DNA of 52,612 nucleotides from Promethearchaeota archaeon. Its GTDB lineage: Archaea > Asgardarchaeota > Lokiarchaeia > Sigyniarchaeales > SOKP01. The position numbers and the translations under genes were made by a program. The stretch lies in contig JBHLLT010000020.1 in the NCBI GenBank assembly GCA_048938855.1, forward strand, positions 1 to 52,612, given 5' to 3'. Each line of letters opens with the position of its first letter. Position 1 is the first letter of the stretch. Below, piece after piece: positions 19,700 through 30,038 of this stretch. The notes beneath the pieces were generated by a model. It did no database searches. It saw only the letters and a program-made list of their open reading frames with translations, and was not told where the DNA came from.

Positions 19700-20683
19700 A
19701 TGAATACTCAAAATACAAATCATCCCTCTATTATTTTTGCCGGTCACTTTGCAATTGATAATATTATACGATTTAAGCGCTTAAATAAACCTACGCTCGG
19801 CGGGAGTGTATCATACTGTACCTTAGCATTGAGGAATTACGCCCAAGATGCTACAATAGGAATAATTTCACATATAGGTAAATTGAATTTTAATAATTCT
19901 CTTTTAGACAAGATTAAGAATAAAAAAATTGATCTAAAAGGAATCAAATATTCTCAAGTAAAAAATACTAATTTCGTCTTAGACTACTTTGATCATGCAA
20001 GGACTTTAACATTAAAATCTAAGAGTCCTGATCTTGATTTCAAGGATTTACCTATAGATTATCTTAATAATCCTCCAGATATATTTGTCCTTGTTCCTTT
20101 ATGTAATGAAATTTCTTATGACTATATAATACAAATTCTAACAAAATTTCCTGATGTTTATATTGGTATTGATTTGCAAGGATTTATTAGGAAGATCGAT
20201 GAGGATGGTAGAGTTGCATACGTTTATGATGATATAATCATCTCTAATATTAAAAAAATTATCAATTCAATTGGAGACAGATTGATTTTAAAAGGTTCAG
20301 AAGAAGAGATGAGTATACTAGCAGAAGAATGTGATGATTACGAAAAAATTATGCTTCACTGCAATAAATTTGAAAATGAAGGAATTTACATAATGACTTT
20401 AGGAGAAAAAGGATCCATGCTCACAAAAAGAGGAGAAAAGGTTCTTAATATACCTGCTTTTATTCCTAAAAAGGTTGTGGACGAAACTGGAGCAGGAGAT
20501 GTCTACTTTTCGATATTTTTGTATGAATTCATTCATTCTGATAAATCATGGGATTCAATTGAAAAAATTGCTTTACTCGCATCAGCAGCTGCTTCATTTT
20601 TGGTTGAGAAAAAAGGGCCAGCAGGTTTTGTATCTAAAAAAGCAGTTATAAAAAGAATGAGAAAAAAAAAATATATCAAGTAG
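19700..20683 (+). CDS. PfkB/ribokinase-family carbohydrate kinase
   Basis: GHFAID, LGGSVSY, MTLGEKGS and VDETGAGDVY (PfkB signature 2). Confidence 0.9.
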   Translation: MNTQNTNHPSIIFAGHFAIDNIIRFKRLNKPTLGGSVSYCTLALRNYAQDATIGIISHIGKLNFNNSLLDKIKNKKIDLKGIKYSQVKNTNFVLDYFDHARTLTLKSKSPDLDFKDLPIDYLNNPPDIFVLVPLCNEISYDYIIQILTKFPDVYIGIDLQGFIRKIDEDGRVAYVYDDIIISNIKKIINSIGDRLILKGSEEEMSILAEECDDYEKIMLHCNKFENEGIYIMTLGEKGSMLTKRGEKVLNIPAFIPKKVVDETGAGDVYFSIFLYEFIHSDKSWDSIEKIALLASAAASFLVEKKGPAGFVSKKAVIKRMRKKKYIK

Positions 20684-20708
20684 TCATAAATTACGGGATA
20701 TTAATCTT

Positions 20709-21317
20709 ATGCACATAAACTTTCATTTTGCTGTTGGAGTTATTTTTACATCTATTTTAAACTCTATTTTTAATTTTACTTTTTATGAATTTCTACTTAT
20801 CGTGTCTTTCTCTTTTATATGTGATTTTGATATCTTCTTCAATAAATATGCTAAAGACCATAATCACAGATTATTAATAACTCATTCAATAATTCCGAGT
20901 GTTATTATTATTGCATTGGGTTATATTTTTCTACTGCCAATTTTAGTTCTCTGTGGTTTGAGTTATGCTATCCATATTTTTGTAGATACATTTGATTGGG
21001 GCACTAATTTTTATTATTTTTCCAAAAAACAGGTTGGTTTTAAATTATTAATTTCAAAGGAAGAACTTGAAAATTTACCAAAATATTTAGCAAAATACAA
21101 AGTCCCTAGCTCATTTTTTGATGAAAAATATTTCAGGAATAAGGTTTGTTTAGGATTAGAAGCCTTAGTATTTGTATTAATGGTTGTTTTCATTATACTT
21201 TTCGCCGTAAATTATTTATTTTTAATTCCAATCTATTTTTTGGGGTTTTACTTTCATTTACATCGTCACTTTACTTTAAAAAAAATAGAAAAGAAATATA
21301 AAAATTCAGACTTTTAA
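20709..21317 (+). CDS. Membrane-bound metal-dependent hydrolase-like protein (YdjM-like)
   Basis: H..H near the N-terminus, DFD, HR..ITHS and HIFVD, plus TM segments. Confidence 0.65.
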   Translation: MHINFHFAVGVIFTSILNSIFNFTFYEFLLIVSFSFICDFDIFFNKYAKDHNHRLLITHSIIPSVIIIALGYIFLLPILVLCGLSYAIHIFVDTFDWGTNFYYFSKKQVGFKLLISKEELENLPKYLAKYKVPSSFFDEKYFRNKVCLGLEALVFVLMVVFIILFAVNYLFLIPIYFLGFYFHLHRHFTLKKIEKKYKNSDF

Positions 21318-21383
21318 ATCATAGAAATAAGATTTTAGTATGCGATTTTATTTTATAGTCTAAAAGATACAAAAACATCAATT

Positions 21384-21917
21384 TTGAGTTTGAAATCAAT
21401 GGATGAAGATAGGTTAAATGTTTTTGAATGTGATTTAAATGATTCTAATCTCTTTAACTGTATTCTTGAAGAAGTAGGTGAAGAAAATATTAATAAGATT
21501 GCAGAATTTTCTCCAGTATTTTCAAATAAGACATTTATTAATTGCTTAAATGCCTCTTTAGTAAATTGTTTGAGAAATAATAGAGAGGAATTAGATTTTC
21601 CCCGGATCCAGTTAAAAACAATGAAAAATGAAAGTGGAGAGTTGCTAATTAAAGAAATTAATATTATTGTTAATAAACAATTTAATGATGATTTAATCGA
21701 TGATAGAATTAAACAATGTCTGAAGTTTGTAAAAAAAGCTTGTAGTATTGACGAATCAATTCAATTATCTATGATTGAATCAGAAGTTAAAGAAAATTTA
21801 AAGTACTACAAAATTGAGTTAACCAAAATAAATGAATTGCTAAAGAATGTTAAAGATGATAAATCGAAAAAAGAAAAATTATTTTCTCTTTTTAGAAATA
21901 TAGCTTCTGATAAATGA
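21384..21917 (+). CDS. Divergent OsmC/Ohr-like protein
   Basis: FECDL, NCLNASL..CL and RIKQC.KF...ACSI.ESI align with the two downstream paralogs. Extra C-terminal helix. Confidence 0.6.
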   Translation: MSLKSMDEDRLNVFECDLNDSNLFNCILEEVGEENINKIAEFSPVFSNKTFINCLNASLVNCLRNNREELDFPRIQLKTMKNESGELLIKEINIIVNKQFNDDLIDDRIKQCLKFVKKACSIDESIQLSMIESEVKENLKYYKIELTKINELLKNVKDDKSKKEKLFSLFRNIASDK

Positions 21918-21942
21918 TTTTCTTTAAAAATAATAAAAATGG

Positions 21943-22419
21943 GTGATATTTATTTTAAATGAGATAAAAACTAAAGTTGGTTTAAAATTGGCTGATATTG
22001 AATCACAAATGGTATTTAAATGTGATTTGGGTAATATTAAAGTAAAAGATTGTTATATTGACGAAGAACATCATGAAGAGGTTGATATGTTAGGACCGAA
22101 TCCCACTCGGATGATAGCCTTGGGAGTTTTAGGATGTTTAAGTGCTAGTTTTATATTCTGTTTAAAGAAAAGAAATTTCAAAGTGGATGATCTTGAAAGT
22201 GAAGCAGAAGTTACAATCGCACGGAATAATGAGGGTTTTTTGAGAATTAAGAAAATAGATATAAATATTGAACCAAAAATAGATAATCTTGAAACTCTTA
22301 AAAGAGCAAAGCAATGCTTAAAAATAGTTAAAGATGGTGTAAGTTTCTTTGAGCAATATTGTATGGTAACTCAGTCTGTCCGTGCCGGTATCGAAGTAAA
22401 TCTTAATATTGATATTTAA
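21943..22419 (+). CDS. OsmC/Ohr-family protein
   Basis: IDE...GPNPTRMIALGVLGCLSASF...YCMVTQSV has both family cysteines. The start may be ATT 21952. Confidence 0.85.
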   Translation: MIFILNEIKTKVGLKLADIESQMVFKCDLGNIKVKDCYIDEEHHEEVDMLGPNPTRMIALGVLGCLSASFIFCLKKRNFKVDDLESEAEVTIARNNEGFLRIKKIDINIEPKIDNLETLKRAKQCLKIVKDGVSFFEQYCMVTQSVRAGIEVNLNIDI

Positions 22420-22457
22420 TTCAAAATTTTATCCTATTTGATGGAGTTGACATTATA

Positions 22458-22895
22458 TTGCCAGATGAATACAAATCTGAAGTAGGTATAAACTTAGAAG
22501 AAGAAATGATTTTTAAATGTGATCTAGGGCAAATTGAGATGAAAGATTTATTTATTGACGAACAACATAAAAAGTCAAAAGAAAAAATTGGTCCAGATCC
22601 TTCAAAACTATTAGCATTATCTATTCTAGGGTGTATGAGTGCTAGTTTTGCTTTTTGTTTAAAAAAGAAAGATTTCTTATTATCTGATTTCAAGGGAAAA
22701 GCCTTGATCACAAGTAAAAGAAATGAAAAAGGACTTTGGAGGATTAAAGAAATAAAATTAGAACTACATCCAAAAATTGATACACCAAAAATGCGTGAAA
22801 GAGCAGATCAATGCCAAAAGTTCTTTGAGCAATTCTGTATCATTTCAGAATCGATCAAGGAAGGAATTGAAATAATAACTAATTTATATTATTAA
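22458..22895 (+). CDS. OsmC/Ohr-family protein
   Basis: IDE...GPDPSKLLALSILGCMSASF...FCIISESI. Confidence 0.85.
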   Translation: MPDEYKSEVGINLEEEMIFKCDLGQIEMKDLFIDEQHKKSKEKIGPDPSKLLALSILGCMSASFAFCLKKKDFLLSDFKGKALITSKRNEKGLWRIKEIKLELHPKIDTPKMRERADQCQKFFEQFCIISESIKEGIEIITNLYY

Positions 22896-22908
22896 TTTTC
22901 TCTTAAAA

Positions 22909-23907
22909 TTAATCTGTAATACCGTCTTCAGTGATAGAAAATATACAATCACTTTCAGGAATATTTGGAGCATCTACTACTTTTGCTATTCTTTGTTCGC
23001 CTTTTCCCTTTCGAAGAAATATACGTATTGTTGCTCCATGAGCTACGACATGTCCTCCAGTATGCGTTAATGGATTACCGTAGAACACATCTGGCTTAGC
23101 AGAGACTTGATTTGTAAAAACAACTGCTAATTCTTCATAAGTTTCAGTTAATCTTAGTAAATCATGTATGTGAGAATTAATAGTCTGCTGTCGACTTGCT
23201 AAAGTACCTCTACCGATATATTCACTACGAAAATGACCTATAAGAGAATCAACTATAATTAGTTTAATGTTCTTCTTATCTATGATTTTTGGTGCTTCTT
23301 TAGCTAATAAAATCTGGTGGTCGCTGTTATAAGCCCTTCCAATAGTGATATTTTTCAAAATCTTGTTATAATCTAAATCTTTGCCAAGTGCCATTTGAAT
23401 AATTCTTTCTGGTCTAAAAGTTCCTTCAGTATCTATATATAACGCTCCCCCTTCTAGTCCTCCTTCTTCATAAGAAAATTGAACATTTACACATAATTGG
23501 TGGGCTAACTGAGTTTTTCCAGTTCGATATTCACCAAAAATCTCTGTAACCGCACCTGGTTCAATACCCCCAATTAATAAATCGTCTAAATTTTGACTAC
23601 CGGTAGTTAATTTATGTAATGTTTTTCTCTTTTCCCAGATTTTATCAGCTGATTTGAATCCCATCTTTTCAATATCTTGAGCTACCTTAATTATCTTCTC
23701 TGCAGTTTTTTCACCAATACCAGCTTCATCCATTAACTTATTTAACGGATATAAAGCAAGAGTTCTAATTGATAAGATTCCAGCTTCCTCTAATTTTTTA
23801 ACAGTTGCTTCGCCCACTCCTGGAAGATCTTTTAATGTATAAGATGATTCTGATTTAGGTTTTTCTTTTATGTTTGTATCATCTGCTAAAGCTTTTTTTT
23901 TTGCCAT
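22909..23907 (-). CDS. radA: DNA repair and recombination protein RadA
   Basis: N-terminal HhH (LPGVG), FKSA polymerisation motif, GEYRTGKTQ, YIDTEGTFRPER, IIVDS, FRSEYIGRG and TNQV. Confidence 0.96.
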   Translation of the reverse strand: MAKKKALADDTNIKEKPKSESSYTLKDLPGVGEATVKKLEEAGILSIRTLALYPLNKLMDEAGIGEKTAEKIIKVAQDIEKMGFKSADKIWEKRKTLHKLTTGSQNLDDLLIGGIEPGAVTEIFGEYRTGKTQLAHQLCVNVQFSYEEGGLEGGALYIDTEGTFRPERIIQMALGKDLDYNKILKNITIGRAYNSDHQILLAKEAPKIIDKKNIKLIIVDSLIGHFRSEYIGRGTLASRQQTINSHIHDLLRLTETYEELAVVFTNQVSAKPDVFYGNPLTHTGGHVVAHGATIRIFLRKGKGEQRIAKVVDAPNIPESDCIFSITEDGITD

Positions 23908-24022
23908 AATAAAATATTGTCTATTTAAGTTTATTTGAATATCTGATTTATATGATAATTTATCATGAAATAAATATTAAAAATAATAATAAAAATTTAG
24001 TAGAAAAATGAAAATCTATTTT

Positions 24023-24682
24023 CTATTTTGACTCTAAACCTGAACGAGTTATTAGAAGCAACACCAGAAACAAAACTACTAGGAATAGGAATGTCAATGT
24101 CCAGAATCCTGCTGGGAATGGAATCCATATATAACTCAGATAGAGAAAAGGAGCAATGAATATTACACAAAATATAATTATTATTGGCAAAGGTACTTCT
24201 TCATCCTTAATATCCAAGACTAAAGGAACAATTACTAACAAGATTAAAAATGTAGCAATAATTTTGAACGTTAATGCGATAGTAGGATCAAATATTGCTG
24301 AATGTACATTAGGTAACCAGAAAAACCAGAATTGTTCGACACTAGCTTGTAAAGCAGGATTAGCTTGTGGTATGATAGAACTAATAATTAATTGTATTAG
24401 AATACTAATACCTAAATAGATAAGTATCTCATTAATTTCTTTTTTCTTTTTACGATATATACCAATTGTATCTCGGAGTATTGTAACAATCCACAATGAG
24501 AATAAAATAATATAAGCAAATAGTGGATCACCTCCCATACCCCAAAAATAATTTACGGGTATTACAGCCACAGGGTAAGCAAGGTAACCGTACTTCTCAT
24601 TCCTACCGAATAGGTCAAATACTAAAAAGATCATAAAGATAATTACTAAAGTTATTAAAATTATTATACTTGGAATATCCAT
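24023..24682 (-). CDS. Multi-pass membrane protein of unknown function
   Basis: About 7 hydrophobic segments. Confidence 0.7.
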   Translation of the reverse strand: MDIPSIIILITLVIIFMIFLVFDLFGRNEKYGYLAYPVAVIPVNYFWGMGGDPLFAYIILFSLWIVTILRDTIGIYRKKKKEINEILIYLGISILIQLIISSIIPQANPALQASVEQFWFFWLPNVHSAIFDPTIALTFKIIATFLILLVIVPLVLDIKDEEVPLPIIIIFCVIFIAPFLYLSYIWIPFPAGFWTLTFLFLVVLFLVLLLITRSGLESK

Positions 24683-24838
24683 GATTTTATCAACTTTTTT
24701 TTCGGATTATAAGTTATTTTAATATTATAATATAATTTATTCTATTTATTTTAAACCTTAACTCTATAAAATGGATAGGGGAAAATAGATAATAGATTAA
24801 AAAAGCTAAACATATCTGTAAAAGAGGAAAAATATTTT

Positions 24839-25873
24839 TCAATATCTAATTCTTGGATCTATTACAGCATAGAATATATCTATTATAAGAACTGTAAATA
24901 CATAAATAAATGCTATAACAACCATGCAGACATTAATAACCCAATAATCTTGTTTGAGTGTAGCATCCACTAACATTGAACCTAATCCAGGTAAAGCAAA
25001 TGTGGATTCTAAAATGACTGTACCTGACAATAATGATGCAAAATTAAATCCTATAACAGTAATCGTAGGAAATAGTGAATTTTTTAAAGCATGTCTATTT
25101 ATAACAATTTTATCCTTACATCCTTTTGCTCTTGCGGTTCTTATATAATCTTGCTGGAGTATTTCTAGCATACTAGAACGTGTTTGTCTTACTAAAGACG
25201 CAATAGATACAAATGAAAGGCAAAAAACTGGTAAAATTAGATGATATAAATAATCGGGTATCTTGTATAGCTGTCCTGCAAGGATAGCATCAATTATATA
25301 GAATCCAGATACAAAAGGGGGATCTGCATACTCAAATGATTTATAGTAAGATCTTGGAAATAGATTTAACTGATCACCCAAATAATATTGGAGAAGCATT
25401 CCTAACAAAAACACAGGGAAAGCTGCCCCTATGATAGCAAAACTTCTAAAAATGATGTCCCTAATTTTATTTCTATGCTTTGCTGTAATAATTCCTATCT
25501 TCATACCTAGTAAAATGCTAATAACCATTGAAAAAAGAGCAAGATCTATAGTTTTAGGTAATCTTAACATAATTAACTCCCAAACTTTTGAACCTCTAGC
25601 ATAATATACAGAAACACCCCAGTTCCCTGTGAAAATATCTGCGATATATCTAAAATATTGTATATAAAGAGGTTGATCGAGTCCTAATTGATAAAATATT
25701 TGCCAATAGACTGCAAAATTATCTTTTTCAGGTTTAACTTGTGCTTGGTAAATTAATTGGATTATTGGATCGCCTGCCATTAATCTTGAGAGGAAAAAAG
25801 TTATTGTAAGAACCCCAAATACTACAGGGATCATAACTAATATTCTTTTAAGAATATATCCTATCAAACTCAT
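24839..25873 (-). CDS. Peptide/nickel ABC transporter permease, DppB/OppB type (copy 1)
   Basis: YILKR...GDP, GLDQP...QY, HLILP, RSSMLE.L.QDYIRTARAKG (EAA loop) and DPRIRY. Confidence 0.93.
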   Translation of the reverse strand: MSLIGYILKRILVMIPVVFGVLTITFFLSRLMAGDPIIQLIYQAQVKPEKDNFAVYWQIFYQLGLDQPLYIQYFRYIADIFTGNWGVSVYYARGSKVWELIMLRLPKTIDLALFSMVISILLGMKIGIITAKHRNKIRDIIFRSFAIIGAAFPVFLLGMLLQYYLGDQLNLFPRSYYKSFEYADPPFVSGFYIIDAILAGQLYKIPDYLYHLILPVFCLSFVSIASLVRQTRSSMLEILQQDYIRTARAKGCKDKIVINRHALKNSLFPTITVIGFNFASLLSGTVILESTFALPGLGSMLVDATLKQDYWVINVCMVVIAFIYVFTVLIIDIFYAVIDPRIRY

Positions 25874-26109
25874 TATTTTTCAAAATTATTCCAGCTTAAT
25901 ATTCATTATTCTTTTTTTTCACTCTCTGGTTAATAAAGCATAACCAGATCTATGAAAATATCACTCAACAAAATTAAATTGAATTAATCAAAAACACTAT
26001 AATTTTAGAAAAATCAACATTAATAACTAATTCGAGGATAAAAGAACTCTAGACTTCATGAAACTTTAACAATTTTGAATTTTTAATAGAAAACGAATAT
26101 ACAAAAAGC

Positions 26110-27135
26110 TTAAAATCTAATTCTAGGATCTACAATTCCATAGATAATATCTAAGATCAAAGTAGTGAAAATGTAAATAAAAGCTATAACTACCATGCAC
26201 GATATTAATAGCCAATAATCTCTAGCGAGGGCAGCTTCTATAATTAATGAACCCATTCCGGGCAAACCAAATGTAAATTCTAATATGACAACTCCAGATA
26301 AAAGGGTGGCAACATTTAAACCAATAACAGTAATAGTCGGGATCAGAGAATTTTTTAACGCATGCTTTTTAATAACTTCTTTTCTGAGACAACCTTTAGC
26401 TTTCGCAGTTCTTATATAATCTTGCTGTAACACTTCCAACATACTAGATCGAGTCTGTCTTACTATTCCGGCTAAAGTGACAAAAGTTAAACAAAATATA
26501 GGTAAGATTAGATGGTATAGATAATCTGTAATTTTATAAAGTTGTCCTGCGATTAGTGCATCAATCATATAAAATCCAGTTACAAAAGGAGGATCGGGGT
26601 ATACAATGCTTTTATATAAAGCTATTGGAAAAATTGGAAATTTATATGCTATCCAATATTGTAATAACATTCCTAAAACAAATATAGGAAAAGCTACTCC
26701 AATAATACCAATAGTTCGAAATATAGCGTCTCTCATCTTGTTTCTATGAGTTGCTGATATAATTCCAATTTTAATCCCTACAAAAGAAGCGATAACCATT
26801 GAAAAAAAAGCAAGATCTATAGTTTTAGGTAATCTAAACATAATTAAATCCCAAACATTTGATCCTCGAGCATAAACAATAGATTCACCCCAGTTTCCAG
26901 TAAAGATGTCAGCCAAATATTTAAAATACTGTAAATGAAGTGGTAGATTAAGTCCTAACTGATTCCTAATTTGATTATACATCCCCCAGTCTTGTCTTAC
27001 TTGAGCTTGTAGTAATAATTGCATTACAGGATCTCCTGGCATTAATCTTGAGAGGAAAAAGGTTATTGTAAGAACTCCAAATACAACAGGGATAGTAATC
27101 AGTATTCTCTTGAAGATATATCCAATAAGACCCAT
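26110..27135 (-). CDS. Peptide/nickel ABC transporter permease, DppB/OppB type (copy 2)
   Basis: Same motifs as copy 1. Ends DPRIRF. Confidence 0.93.
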   Translation of the reverse strand: MGLIGYIFKRILITIPVVFGVLTITFFLSRLMPGDPVMQLLLQAQVRQDWGMYNQIRNQLGLNLPLHLQYFKYLADIFTGNWGESIVYARGSNVWDLIMFRLPKTIDLAFFSMVIASFVGIKIGIISATHRNKMRDAIFRTIGIIGVAFPIFVLGMLLQYWIAYKFPIFPIALYKSIVYPDPPFVTGFYMIDALIAGQLYKITDYLYHLILPIFCLTFVTLAGIVRQTRSSMLEVLQQDYIRTAKAKGCLRKEVIKKHALKNSLIPTITVIGLNVATLLSGVVILEFTFGLPGMGSLIIEAALARDYWLLISCMVVIAFIYIFTTLILDIIYGIVDPRIRF

Positions 27136-27244
27136 TACTTATGTAAATTAATTGTACTTAATATTTATTTATAAAAATTTTAGAGTTCCAATTTCTCAAA
27201 AGATTCAAGTTATATAAAACAACGATTGATTTAGTAAAAACGGA

Positions 27245-28270
27245 TCAATATCTAATTCTTGGATCTAAAAAACCGTACAGTATGTCAATTACTAAAGTTG
27301 TAATTACATAAATCAATGCTAAGACAACCATACAAGCATTTATAAGCCAATAATCTCTAGATGCTGCAGCATCAATTAACAATAACCCTATTCCCCGCAA
27401 ACCAAAAGTAGATTCCAAAAGCACAGCTCCAGATAATGTTGTAGCAAAATTTAAACCAATAACTGTTACTGTTGGGATCATTGAGTTTCTTAATGCATGA
27501 TCCCTAATGACTGCTTTTTCTTTACATCCTTTTGCTCTTGCTGTTCTTATATAATCTTGTTGTAACACTTCTAACATACTAGAGCGAGTTTGTCTTACTA
27601 TTCCTGCTAAAGTAACAAAAGATAAACAAAACACAGGCAGAGCTAAATGATATAAATAGTCGGGTATTTTATAAAGCTCTCCTGCAAGAAAAGCATCAAT
27701 AATATAAAATCCGGTTACAAACGGAGGATCCATATATTCTATGCTTTTATAATATGTTACCGGAAATAAATCCCATTTATAGCCAACCCAATATTGTAAT
27801 AGCATTCCTAATACAAACACTGGAAAAGCAACTCCTATAAGTCCAAAACTCCTAAGAACCGTATCTCTGAGTTTATTTCTGTGTTTTGCTGAAGTTATTC
27901 CGATCTTAACCCCAAGATATGAGGCAATAATCATTGAGAAAAAGGCAAGATCTATAGTTTTAGGTAATCTAAAGACTATTAAGTCCCAAACATTTGATCC
28001 TCGAGCATAACCTACCGATTGACCCCAATTTCCTGTAAATATATCCACAATATATCTAAAATACTGTATATGAAGAGGTTGGTCAAGTCCCAATTGATGC
28101 CTCATTACATTATATATTTCAGGTGTAATTCTTATCTGAGCTTGACTCAATAGTGTTAAAACTGGATCTCCTGGCATTGCTCTTGAAAGAATAAAAGTTA
28201 TAGTTAAAACTCCAAATACTACTGGTATTACTAATAGGATTCTTTTTAACACATAACTTAGGATGCTCAT
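27245..28270 (-). CDS. Peptide/nickel ABC transporter permease, DppB/OppB type (copy 3)
   Basis: Same motifs as copy 1. Ends DPRIRY. Confidence 0.93.
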   Translation of the reverse strand: MSILSYVLKRILLVIPVVFGVLTITFILSRAMPGDPVLTLLSQAQIRITPEIYNVMRHQLGLDQPLHIQYFRYIVDIFTGNWGQSVGYARGSNVWDLIVFRLPKTIDLAFFSMIIASYLGVKIGITSAKHRNKLRDTVLRSFGLIGVAFPVFVLGMLLQYWVGYKWDLFPVTYYKSIEYMDPPFVTGFYIIDAFLAGELYKIPDYLYHLALPVFCLSFVTLAGIVRQTRSSMLEVLQQDYIRTARAKGCKEKAVIRDHALRNSMIPTVTVIGLNFATTLSGAVLLESTFGLRGIGLLLIDAAASRDYWLINACMVVLALIYVITTLVIDILYGFLDPRIRY

Positions 28271-28444
28271 TGTTCTTGTTAATAGTGTTCAGTTTAAGAT
28301 CTTTTTTAAAATGTACAGAGACTTTATAGAATGTATGGTATTTAAGTTTTTAAATTATATTTATTATCAATAATAATTCAAAATATTTTGATTAATGTTT
28401 AGAATCTTTCTTTGTTTTAATTTTTTTTTAAAATAATTTAAATT

Positions 28445-29848
28445 TTATAGCATTAAATCTTGAAGTTCTAAGATCAATTTTTCCATTTTAAGGATCATTT
28501 TTTGTGCTTTATCTTTGTTTTCTGATTCGGCAGATAGAAGAATTGCATTCCTATAAAGTGCCACTTTAATAATGATGTACGTATCATCTTCAATGATCTT
28601 CAACTCATTAATTATATCATGATATCTATATCCATTTTGGTCTGCTAATTCTCTTAAACGATTATGAATGTTATTTATCAACTCTGAAGAAACAGAGACA
28701 GTTTTATTAATTTTTATACCTTTTGGAAATCCTCTTGTTAAAGAACTAAGTAGGTCATCTTGGGTAGTCATGATCTCGAGAACTTTAAGTAAGATGAAAT
28801 TGCCATCCGAAAATGGAGAATATTCTGGGAAATAAAATTTCAACGTATCTGCTGCTGCAAAACATGCCCTTTCTTCTCTTATATGTCTTGAAATCTCTCC
28901 GGGATAATTTTCTACTTCCTTTACAGGGAATTTGCTATCTTTAATAAATTCTTTTATAACCGGAGAGATTGAGGGGGTAGTAATAATAGTATTTCCCTTA
29001 GATTTTTGTATTCTTTTATCAAATGTAATGAAGAGCATTAATAAATCTTCATAACTAATTTCTAAACCGTTTTCATCAATTATTAATATTCTTGAGCCAT
29101 CTACATCAAAACAGACACCAAGTTGGCTGTTCGAAGCTTTCACGATGTCTGCTGTATTTCTTATTGTATTAATGCTAGGCACAGGACTAGAAGATCTCTC
29201 ACGGTAATGTGTGTTTAAAGCGATCACTTCAACACCGATATCATTCATCAAAAGAGGAGTAATTTTCCCAGTTGGCCCATAAGAACAATCCACTACAATC
29301 TTTAAATTCGATTCTTTAATCTTCTTTTTATCTACAAATTGCTGAATAGATTTGATATAGATATCTGCAGTTTGTGGTATTGACGTAAGTTGCCCAATTT
29401 CATTAGGATCGACTCTTCTTACTCTTTGAGGATAAGTATTGTAGGATTCAATAATTTTTTGTAGTTCTAGTTGCGAATATTCAACTCCCCCTGCATCTAA
29501 GAAACGAATTCCTACATCTTCACTATATAAATGACCTCCAGAAAAGTAGAATCCTCCACTTGCACCAAATCGTCTAATTGTAAACTGTAATAACGGAAAA
29601 GTACAATCTGAAAGATTTAAAAGATTAACTCCTGCAGACATAACACCTGAAGCATATGCTCTTTTCAACATCCGACTATCATTGTGATAATCTCTCCCCA
29701 TAACAATTGATTCCCCCGGTTTGAATAAACTACCATGAATTACACCTAAAGAGGTAGAAATTTCGGGGGTAATTATATAATTTGCTTTCCCAATAATTCG
29801 ACCATTCTTTTTCAATTCTTCAAGATTTTTAACTGGATTATAAACCAT
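28445..29848 (-). CDS. Phosphohexomutase (PMM/PGM)-fold protein with a degenerate active site
   Basis: VMGRD...SRML, LKIVVDCSYG and GVCFDVDGSR identify the family. TASHNP is replaced by SGGHLY. Confidence 0.82.
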   Translation of the reverse strand: MVYNPVKNLEELKKNGRIIGKANYIITPEISTSLGVIHGSLFKPGESIVMGRDYHNDSRMLKRAYASGVMSAGVNLLNLSDCTFPLLQFTIRRFGASGGFYFSGGHLYSEDVGIRFLDAGGVEYSQLELQKIIESYNTYPQRVRRVDPNEIGQLTSIPQTADIYIKSIQQFVDKKKIKESNLKIVVDCSYGPTGKITPLLMNDIGVEVIALNTHYRERSSSPVPSINTIRNTADIVKASNSQLGVCFDVDGSRILIIDENGLEISYEDLLMLFITFDKRIQKSKGNTIITTPSISPVIKEFIKDSKFPVKEVENYPGEISRHIREERACFAAADTLKFYFPEYSPFSDGNFILLKVLEIMTTQDDLLSSLTRGFPKGIKINKTVSVSSELINNIHNRLRELADQNGYRYHDIINELKIIEDDTYIIIKVALYRNAILLSAESENKDKAQKMILKMEKLILELQDLML

Positions 29849-30038
29849 TAAGAACTCCTTTTTGAATTCTTGTTAATGTTTCAATTGGAAATAATATATG
29901 TTAAAAAGCTAAATAACAATATATAACTTTAACGATTTTGAAAAATATAAGATTCTCTTTAATATTTAAGATATGAAAAATTATAAAATAGAAGTAAATT
30001 TCGATTAATTAAACATTCATAAGAGATACTAAAGAATT

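Noticed and set aside
8387-23907. Inteins in subunit A copies or RadA
   Set aside because: Protein lengths are normal and there are no insertions at the P-loop sites where inteins usually occur.
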